From the IMG/VR virus record IMGVR_UViG_3300020446_001892, positions 19,698-83,697 of that record: 64,000 nt of DNA; one strand, 5' to 3'. A model generated the notes under the pieces. It was given only the letters and a program-made list of their open reading frames with translations, was not told the DNA's origin and did no database searches. Both the position numbers and the translations under genes were made by a program. This stretch comes from a virus. Below, in pieces: positions 57,935 to 64,000 of the stretch; the stretch's first letter is position 1; the number at the start of each line of letters is the position of its first letter.

Positions 57935-58177
57935 TTATTCCCCTTCTATATCAACTTCCTTCGAAATTCCCTCCGTCGGATCCTTCATCGTCGACTCGTC
58001 TTTCATCTCTGTGTCGTTTTTTTTTGAAAATAAATCTTCAAAACTTAAGGCAGTTACAAAGATGGTTGCGGCTGCCAACATTGGCATTGTGTAGACCATT
58101 TTTTCTGTTATTATTGCAACAGTATAAGTTGGCAATAAAACAGCGCCTGCTTTTATTGTGGCCAACTTCCAATTCAT
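57935..58177 (-). CDS. Hypothetical membrane protein
   Basis: Two hydrophobic segments; coupled. Confidence 0.5.
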   Translation of the reverse strand: MNWKLATIKAGAVLLPTYTVAIITEKMVYTMPMLAAATIFVTALSFEDLFSKKNDTEMKDESTMKDPTEGISKEVDIEGE

Positions 58178-58374
58178 TAGTCACCAAACATTGCTATAAG
58201 CTCTGGTCCAAAAGCACTTGCCGCCCAACCTAAAGCACAAATTGTAACTACTCCTAATACAAGCCATTTCATTTTAAAATCATCAACTTCCATTTTCAGT
58301 GCCACTAATTCGTTTCCAAGTATCCTTACAGCAATTTCTAATTTACCTTTATCGTCAGTCTTGTATTCTGCCAT
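58177..58374 (-). CDS. Hypothetical membrane protein
   Basis: C-terminal TM; coupled. Confidence 0.55.
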   Translation of the reverse strand: MAEYKTDDKGKLEIAVRILGNELVALKMEVDDFKMKWLVLGVVTICALGWAASAFGPELIAMFGD

Positions 58375-58555
58375 ATAAAATTTCCTTTATTGTGTTAGTT
58401 GCAGTTTTAGTGAAAAACCGTGGAGCAAATGCATGAATGACGAGGGCAGGCACTAAAAGTTGTAATTTGACTGCTACCTTTAGTGCTTTAATACAATGTT
58501 GAAATCCTGTTTCACCGACTTCCTCTAAATGTAATTTACATTTTTTACTAAGCAT
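58355..58555 (-). CDS. Hypothetical protein
   Basis: HL..VGET..QH...IHA..P..F. Confidence 0.55.
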   Translation of the reverse strand: MLSKKCKLHLEEVGETGFQHCIKALKVAVKLQLLVPALVIHAFAPRFFTKTATNTIKEILYGRIQD

Positions 58556-58701
58556 TATTTGCCTTGACCGCGATATTTCTTAAATCCGCGTCTCTTATGC
58601 TTATTCATTGTCGATGTAATAGGTTTTCTTCCTTGTGATGTTCCTTTACTAGTAGGTTCGAATATTGATGAAAATAATCCTACATTTTTGCGACCAGCCA
58701 T
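58555..58701 (-). CDS. Small basic protein ending KKYRGQGK (48 aa)
   Basis: AGGAGG SD; TAATG coupling; below ORF-track cutoff. Confidence 0.7.
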   Translation of the reverse strand: MAGRKNVGLFSSIFEPTSKGTSQGRKPITSTMNKHKRRGFKKYRGQGK

Positions 58702-58745
58702 AGCTTGCCTCCTTTATTATCTATGTATTTATTTCAACTGGTCAT

Positions 58746-58772
58746 AAAAAAAGGGCGACATAAAGCCGCCCT
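58746..58772 (-). terminator. Intrinsic terminator
   Basis: AGGGCGGC-TTTAT-GTCGCCC followed by T7. Confidence 0.85.
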
Positions 58773-58794
58773 AGTAAAAAACATTTACATTAAT

Positions 58795-59202
58795 TTAGAA
58801 TGTAAATGAAACACCTACTTCTATTTCTCCACGGTTATTGTCTCCGTTAAAATCGTAGGTTGTTTCTGCATATGCTTTAGAACCTTCATTCAAAGCATAA
58901 TCTAAACCTAATTCTAGCACTGGATAATTTCCATCGTCTAGTAAATTTACTACAGCAAAATTATCTCCTGAGCTGTGATTAGTTTCGTATATTGTAATTG
59001 GCGTTTCGGCCCATAATGATAATGGCCCTTCTGCTGGTGTAAAACGTATTTCTGGTTCAATAGTAATATGATTTGTTTCAGCATCAACTTTGTGAAATGC
59101 TTTCATTTCAGTGTTAAGTGTAAGTCCTGATACCGGTAAGTCGGCAGCATAGACAGTATTTGCGGCAAACAGAGTTGCCAGTGCGATTAAAGTTTTACGC
59201 AT
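58795..59202 (-). CDS. Small outer-membrane beta-barrel protein
   Basis: Signal peptide (VYA); alternating strands; C-terminal GVSFTF. Confidence 0.7.
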   Translation of the reverse strand: MRKTLIALATLFAANTVYAADLPVSGLTLNTEMKAFHKVDAETNHITIEPEIRFTPAEGPLSLWAETPITIYETNHSSGDNFAVVNLLDDGNYPVLELGLDYALNEGSKAYAETTYDFNGDNNRGEIEVGVSFTF

Positions 59203-59301
59203 AATTATTCCTTTATATTTTTCTTAATCTATGTTTGGCGGGGTGATCCTTGATGTCACATTGTACTTATCTAAAATAATAAAAATACTCCCGATATTGA
59301 A

Positions 59302-59331
59302 AGAGAGTGTTGCAATAATACAACACTCTCT
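59302..59331 (-). terminator. 11-bp hairpin at the 3' end of the tmRNA coding piece
   Basis: AGAGAGTGTTG/CAACACTCTCT, short T tract. Confidence 0.6.
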
Positions 59332-59502
59332 ATGATTATTCTGTTGCTAGGTAATCAACCCCGGAAAGCCTAATTAGGCCGCCATTGCCATTTCTGGCGC
59401 ATAATTGTCATTTGCAATTATAAAGTTTCTTCGCGTTAACCGAGCTTAGATCCGGATAACTCCACTCATCTATTAACTACCAGTCGATCCTAGTTCGGCC
59501 CC
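59332..59502 (-). ncRNA. ssrA: Permuted tmRNA, coding piece (3' end approximate); tag ANDNYAPEMAMAA at 59415-59374
   Basis: 5' GGGGCCGAACTAGGATCGAC; resume GCA AAT GAC AAT; tag ends Ala-Ala-stop. Confidence 0.92.
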
Positions 59503-59604
59503 ATCATAAACACACCAATAGTACTTAACAAAATATTCTTTCCATCGATCTCCATATACCTTAATATATGCTTCTCTTATGAAATCAAATTCTGCTTTAC
59601 TCAC
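59473..59604 (-). CDS. Possible 43-aa ORF reading from the intervening segment into the tmRNA 5' end
   Basis: GTG start with AAGGA SD, overlapping the previous stop; MSKAEFDFIREAYIKVYGDRWKEYFVKYYWCVYDGAELGSTGS. Confidence 0.4.
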   Translation of the reverse strand: MSKAEFDFIREAYIKVYGDRWKEYFVKYYWCVYDGAELGSTGS

Positions 59605-59815
59605 AAGTTTCCTTACCACTACATTCTGCAGGGAAACAATGACCTTTCATATGATAGTAACTATTCTCATAACTATGATTCCACATTTTCTGATCTATCA
59701 TATATTCACATTGCGGTTTAGACATAGGTTGTTGTAAAGCAATTTGACCAATGTAATGATCATTGCCGTACATGTCTGCACCCCACATTGTAATTACTAA
59801 TATAAATTCCTTCAT
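59597..59815 (-). CDS. 72-aa protein inside the tmRNA intervening segment
   Basis: GGAG SD 6 nt before ATG 59815; hydrophobic N-terminus, 4 Cys. Confidence 0.65.
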   Translation of the reverse strand: MKEFILVITMWGADMYGNDHYIGQIALQQPMSKPQCEYMIDQKMWNHSYENSYYHMKGHCFPAECSGKETCE

Positions 59816-59834
59816 GCTCTTCTCCGTGTGTTTA

Positions 59835-59897
59835 TGGTGGAGCCGCCGGGTACCGCCCCCGGGTCCTGTATAGCGTTTGAATTGCTTCAACGTTACA
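59835..59897 (-). ncRNA. ssrA: Permuted tmRNA, acceptor piece (5' end approximate)
   Basis: CCGGG-GGCGGTA-CCCGG T arm; CGGCTCC-A-CCA pairs with GGGGCCG giving G3.U70. Confidence 0.92.
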
Positions 59898-59900
59898 TTG

Positions 59901-59931
59901 TATTTATAACACTATATATTATAAATGTCAA
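59901..59931 (-). promoter_or_regulatory. tmRNA promoter: sigma70 plus overlapping late element
   Basis: TTGACA-17-TATAAA with extended TG; TATAAATA at 59908-59901. Confidence 0.8.
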
Positions 59932-60122
59932 GACTTTTTATCATAATGTGATTTGATTTTGTCTGCAAATATTCCTATAAGACCAAATATAAAAATAAAA
60001 ATTAACCAGGCGATTGCTATATATGCACCTACTCCCCATTCATAGTCTACATACATCGGTGCAACCACAGCACTGACTATTCCTGCTATGATGCAGATTG
60101 TCCAATAAATTTTTTTAGCCAT
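59928..60122 (-). CDS. Small 2-TM protein
   Basis: Hydrophobicity pattern; AAGG SD. Confidence 0.55.
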   Translation of the reverse strand: MAKKIYWTICIIAGIVSAVVAPMYVDYEWGVGAYIAIAWLIFIFIFGLIGIFADKIKSHYDKKS

Positions 60123-60157
60123 TTTTAACCTTCTCTATTTTATAGAGTGTAACAGGT

Positions 60158-60391
60158 TTATTTTTGTAAGTCAAGCTCTTTTTCTTTGTTATACTTCATT
60201 AATAAAGTATTAACTTCATCTGTCTTTACTAACCAACCGTGTTCATTTACAACAAAAACATCGCCAGGTTTATAAAGATAATGTTCTTTTCGGGATCCGT
60301 CTTTGCACACACCCATTACTTCTCCTGGCCAATCTCCTCTAACTGTAAAATTTTCTCCTGCTTGTTCTACTGTGTAATCTACCCACATCAT
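60158..60391 (-). CDS. Hypothetical protein
   Basis: AGGAGG SD; late element upstream. Confidence 0.6.
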   Translation of the reverse strand: MMWVDYTVEQAGENFTVRGDWPGEVMGVCKDGSRKEHYLYKPGDVFVVNEHGWLVKTDEVNTLLMKYNKEKELDLQK

Positions 60392-60431
60392 AATTTAAGC
60401 CCTCCTATATGTATTTAGTTATATAGGAGTA

Positions 60432-61595
60432 TTATAATTTCTGTTGTATTTGTTCTACAATATCTTTAGCGGTATATGCACTGAGAGTCCAGCCTAGATG
60501 TCCATGTCCAGTGTTGTAAAAAACTCTTCTTGTATTTGTGCTCTGTCTAACGATGGGCATCATATTAGGTGTCATAGGTCTTAGTCCAGCCCACGGAGTA
60601 ATATTTTCTGTATTAATACCTGGAAATATTTTTTCACTCCAATCGATTAACGGCTTTATTCTTTTTTGTATAATATCGGTATTATATCCATTAAATTCTG
60701 CTGTGCCAGCGACACGTAACCTATCTTCTCCTAATCTTGCTGTAACTATTTTTGCTTCATCATCTAACATACTGGTCCATGGTGCAACATCTGGTTTGTT
60801 GATGGTTATAGAATATCCTTTGACAGGATAAATGTCTAATCTATCACCAATTGTTTTTGCAAGATTCCTTGAACCTATACCTGCACATATAACTACAGGC
60901 CCTCTAAAATGATTTAAATCTTTTATATTTTGTATATTCCTTTGTGCATATTTCACTTTGTATTTGTCTTGTAAAACCTTTGTAAGTTGCACACAAAATT
61001 TATGAATATCTCCTGTGAAGTCTGTAGTATTATACATTCCGCCAAGTATTTTAGGCGAATGCACAAGGGCTGGTTCAATTTGTCTACATTCTTCTGCTGA
61101 TACTGCCCATCTATTCAAACCTGCTTTTTTATAAATTTCATTTACTCTTTTTGCATTTTCAAATTCTTTTGGGTTTGTATAGATATGCAAAATTCCTTTT
61201 TCTACTTTATCAAATTTAATATCTTCAAAAAAAGCAATTTCTTTTAAAAGTTTATGTGCTTGTAATGCCATTACGCAAGTATCAAATGTGCATTTATCTC
61301 CATTAGGTATGGCTTTGATAAATTTTATCAACCAACTATATTTTTCTATATTGAAAGATGGATTTATTTTTAGTGGAGCATCTGCTGTTGCTAACCATTT
61401 TACAGCTTTTAAAATACTTCTAAAGCTGTTCCACACTTCTGCGTTAGACGCACTGAGTTGACCTCCGTTAGCATAGGAGGTTGCCATTGCAGGGTATCGA
61501 CGTTGGTCGAAAATAGTAACATCGTACCCTGACTTGGCTAAGTTGTAAGCAGTTGTTATACCGGTGATGCCGGCACCTATTACTGCCGCTTGCAT
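60432..61595 (-). CDS. dadA: D-amino acid dehydrogenase (FAD-dependent)
   Basis: GAGITG, TSYANGGQLS, IYPVKGYSIT, RVAGTAE, WAGLRPMTP, NTGHGHLGWT. Confidence 0.88.
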   Translation of the reverse strand: MQAAVIGAGITGITTAYNLAKSGYDVTIFDQRRYPAMATSYANGGQLSASNAEVWNSFRSILKAVKWLATADAPLKINPSFNIEKYSWLIKFIKAIPNGDKCTFDTCVMALQAHKLLKEIAFFEDIKFDKVEKGILHIYTNPKEFENAKRVNEIYKKAGLNRWAVSAEECRQIEPALVHSPKILGGMYNTTDFTGDIHKFCVQLTKVLQDKYKVKYAQRNIQNIKDLNHFRGPVVICAGIGSRNLAKTIGDRLDIYPVKGYSITINKPDVAPWTSMLDDEAKIVTARLGEDRLRVAGTAEFNGYNTDIIQKRIKPLIDWSEKIFPGINTENITPWAGLRPMTPNMMPIVRQSTNTRRVFYNTGHGHLGWTLSAYTAKDIVEQIQQKL

Positions 61596-61781
61596 TTACA
61601 TTGTGTTCTTTTTTTCTTGGATTTCTGCTCTACGTGACTTTGTAAGTTTTCCAAGATCGCCTAATGCTTTTCTTGCTCTTGCCGCCGCGGCCTTTACGCC
61701 TTTATCTTCAAAAGTTTCTGACTCGGCAAGGTAATTGTTAAATGCCTGAACAATCTGTTCATGTTGTGATAATTCACTCAT
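61596..61781 (-). CDS. Hc1/histone-H1-like small protein
   Basis: KGVKAAAARARKAL..L.KL.K.RR. Confidence 0.6.
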   Translation of the reverse strand: MSELSQHEQIVQAFNNYLAESETFEDKGVKAAAARARKALGDLGKLTKSRRAEIQEKKNTM

Positions 61782-61803
61782 TTTATTCTCCTTGTAATAT
61801 TTT

Positions 61804-61833
61804 GATTATACTATAATTTCAAAGACTTGTCAA
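61804..61833 (-). promoter_or_regulatory. Consensus sigma70 early promoter
   Basis: TTGACA-17-TATAAT; similar TTGAC(A/T)-17 bp promoters near 19.8, 23.2, 25.9, 29.9, 31.5, 33.5, 35.1, 37.1, 56.0, 57.1, 57.5 and 63.5 kb. Confidence 0.85.
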
Positions 61834-61836
61834 CCA

Positions 61837-62136
61837 TTAATCGCCATCTGCATAAACATCTGTGCTTCCAGTCTGGGCACTATTTGCTACCCAGGAACCG
61901 TGTCCTTTTGTAGCATCGCCTTTTCTATGAACTTTAATGTTGTTGGCATAGACTGTGCCACTACCAGCGGCCGCAGGATCACCACAAGATGTTTTGTCAT
62001 TTATTCTAACAACTTTTTCGTCGTTAGCAAAAACATCTCCTGAGCCTTCAACATACTTTGTTTGATGAAAAGGGTTAGGTGTCGGACTAGCATGTCCTAC
62101 ATGTTTATCCTTATTAGTTCTCACTACACCTGGCAT
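61837..62136 (-). CDS. PAAR-like spike tip protein (T4 gp5.4-like)
   Basis: GH, GS.DVFAN...VVR..D..SCG, GS..VYAN...VHR.GD...GH. Confidence 0.85.
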   Translation of the reverse strand: MPGVVRTNKDKHVGHASPTPNPFHQTKYVEGSGDVFANDEKVVRINDKTSCGDPAAAGSGTVYANNIKVHRKGDATKGHGSWVANSAQTGSTDVYADGD

Positions 62137-62390
62137 TAACTTAAACTATGTCCTGTACCATTATAATTAGTTGCATCAATATAACTTAGTAGTTGTTCAT
62201 AACCACCAACTTTGTTATTGTTTACAATTATTTGTGGGAACGTTCTTGCTTCTGGAAACATTTCCATTACAGTTTCTCTATCAAAGTCTTTACCAAGTTC
62301 TAGATATTTGTACGGGTAGTTACGTGATTCACAAAGCTGTTTTGCTTTTGTGCATGACGGACATAAACTTTTTCCGTAAATAGTTATCAT
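62136..62390 (-). CDS. Glutaredoxin
   Basis: CPSC, RTFPQI, VGGY. Confidence 0.93.
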   Translation of the reverse strand: MITIYGKSLCPSCTKAKQLCESRNYPYKYLELGKDFDRETVMEMFPEARTFPQIIVNNNKVGGYEQLLSYIDATNYNGTGHSLS

Positions 62391-63490
62391 AAACTAAATC
62401 CTTTCAAGGAATCCTTGTCTACATCTTGTTTGATGCCGCCAATAATATATGACTCAACTTCTGTTTCTTGCGGGGCAACTTGTAGTCCGGAACTACTTAA
62501 CCAATGTTGTGTCCAAGGAAGTGGGTTTGTATTTACAGGTTGATCAAATATTGCTTTTAGGTTTAGAGCCTTCAACCTTCTGTTAGCAATATATTCTACA
62601 TATTGATGAAGTAATGCACTATTCAATCCGATCATACTACCATCTTTAAACAAATAGTTTGCCCAATCTTTTTCTTCGGCAACGCATTCTCTCCACAATT
62701 CATAAACATCCTCTTCACACTCTTTGGCAATTTTTGCCATTTCAGGATCGTCTTTACCTTGAGCCCAAAGTTTCAAAACATGTGTGCTAAGTGCTAGATG
62801 TTGTGCTTCGTCTCTAGCTATAAGAGAAATAATTTTTGCAGAACCTTCCATAAGTTTAAGTTCTCCAAATCCAAATGTACATGCAAAAGAAACATAAAAA
62901 CGCAAGCCTTCAAGAATATTTACTGTCATCATTGCAAGGTACAGTTTCTTTTTAACTTCATAAAGATTACCTTGATCTTTATGCATGAAGTTATCAGCCG
63001 CTTCATTAAATGCATCATAGTGCTTTGTTACACTTGTAGCTCTATCTATAATTTTTTTGTCATCAAGAATTGTATCAAACACCTCGCTAGGATCAGGATA
63101 TACATTCTTCATTATGTGTGTGTATGAGCGACTGTGGATTGTTTCAAAAAAGTCCCACGTTACAATACATCCTTCCAGTTCAGGAAGTGATACGTGTGGT
63201 AGGAAAGCTAGACAAGGTCCTCGACCTTGTACACTATCAAGTAAAGTTTGGTATTTTAAATTTGCTGTAAAGATATGTTTTTGTTCTGGTCTAAAATTAG
63301 CATAGTCAGCTCTATCTTTTTGCAGACTAACTTCTTCTGGTCTCCAAAAATAACCTAACATAGTTTGATTTAATTTATCAAACACAGGAAATTTGAACAC
63401 ATCGTATCTTTGAGTATTTTGATCAGCACCAAAAAACATATTTTGTTTTGTGAAATCAACCTTTTCTTTATTGAACACAGTTTTTGCCAT
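62387..63490 (-). CDS. nrdB: Ribonucleotide reductase class Ia beta subunit
   Basis: FWRPEEV, LLDSVQGR, ETIHSRSY, LEGLRFYVSF, RDEAQH, APQETE. Confidence 0.97.
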   Translation of the reverse strand: MAKTVFNKEKVDFTKQNMFFGADQNTQRYDVFKFPVFDKLNQTMLGYFWRPEEVSLQKDRADYANFRPEQKHIFTANLKYQTLLDSVQGRGPCLAFLPHVSLPELEGCIVTWDFFETIHSRSYTHIMKNVYPDPSEVFDTILDDKKIIDRATSVTKHYDAFNEAADNFMHKDQGNLYEVKKKLYLAMMTVNILEGLRFYVSFACTFGFGELKLMEGSAKIISLIARDEAQHLALSTHVLKLWAQGKDDPEMAKIAKECEEDVYELWRECVAEEKDWANYLFKDGSMIGLNSALLHQYVEYIANRRLKALNLKAIFDQPVNTNPLPWTQHWLSSSGLQVAPQETEVESYIIGGIKQDVDKDSLKGFSL

Positions 63491-63559
63491 TTTTTTATTC
63501 CTAACTTTCTTTCTCATAATGTTTTTGTATTTTACTACAAGTTTGTCAGCTTGTCAACA

Positions 63560-64000
63560 TTAAATTGCACAAGCATCACACATTTCATCCTCTTCGTTTG
63601 CCAAAGTCACCGGTTCATGCTCTGGTTGATTATCATGCCAACCTAAATTATGTTGCGGTTCGTCCATTGCTTCACTTGGATCAGTTTTGTAATCATAAGT
63701 GTTTTGATAATAAGATGTCTTCCATCCCATTTTGTAAGTTGTTAGAAGATCCTGTATCATAACACTCATAGGAACTTCGTTATTTTCAAAATGAGTTGGA
63801 TTGTAACTCCAATTACCACTGATAGCTTGGTCGAAAAACTTTTGCATCACAGCCACTGTATTTATATATCCTGTATTGTTTGGCATCTCCCATAACAAGG
63901 TATAGTGGTTTTTTAATGCTTGGTACTGCGGAACAATCTGCTTAAGAGGCCCTTTTTTGCTTTTCTTAACGGACAAGTATCCTCTAGGTGGCTCGATTCC
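63560..64000 (-). CDS. nrdA: Ribonucleotide reductase class Ia alpha subunit, C-terminal part
   Basis: GIEPPR, DQAISGN, KTSYY, terminal CDACAI. Confidence 0.95.
   Translation of the reverse strand, partial: GIEPPRGYLSVKKSKKGPLKQIVPQYQALKNHYTLLWEMPNNTGYINTVAVMQKFFDQAISGNWSYNPTHFENNEVPMSVMIQDLLTTYKMGWKTSYYQNTYDYKTDPSEAMDEPQHNLGWHDNQPEHEPVTLANEEDEMCDACAI

Noticed and set aside
59241-59261. CRP-like site (GTGA...TCACA) upstream of the OM barrel gene
   Set aside because: Half-site spacing is 9 nt rather than 6.
59816-59890. N-terminal extension of the 97-aa ORF in the track
   Set aside because: It is the tmRNA acceptor piece; the SD supports ATG 59815.
1-64000. CRISPR array, rRNA, IS element, integrase, intron/intein, stop-codon recoding
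   Set aside because: No spaced repeats or hallmark motifs seen; known genes (ligase, nrdB, clpP, guaC) are full length in the standard code. A by-eye scan could miss degenerate repeats.

Overview
AT-rich (about one-third GC by eye), densely coding, almost all minus-strand segment of a large T4-like (myovirus-type) phage genome. The host is most likely a marine alphaproteobacterium: the window has a permuted two-piece tmRNA with a GGCGGUA T-loop and a hemO-pcyX pair, and no photosynthesis genes. 1-15.5 kb holds baseplate/tail-fibre genes, including a 2964-aa fibre and an S8 protease. 15.5-64 kb is an accessory and host-takeover region with UvdE, IscA, QueD, HemE, DNA ligase, four tRNAs, ClpP/ClpS, TilS, IF-1, bS21, peroxiredoxin, a curli-type (CsgF/CsgG/curlin) + FecR + CHASE2 adenylate cyclase locus, HemO/PcyX, Hsp20, GuaC, envelope proteins, tmRNA, DadA, PAAR, glutaredoxin and NrdAB. 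Top finding: a classical ribosome-dependent attenuator whose 19-aa leader peptide carries adjacent Trp-Cys codons and whose terminator directly abuts tRNA-Trp and tRNA-Cys, suggesting the phage senses shortage of these charged tRNAs and switches on its own copies. Other non-coding signals: ORFs inside the tmRNA intervening segment, a ROSE-like thermometer before hsp20, an 18-bp operator palindrome for the curli locus, apparently leaderless late mRNAs, and a direct-repeat-flanked ParB-like/HNH cassette. All calls are by eye from motifs; no database searches were run.
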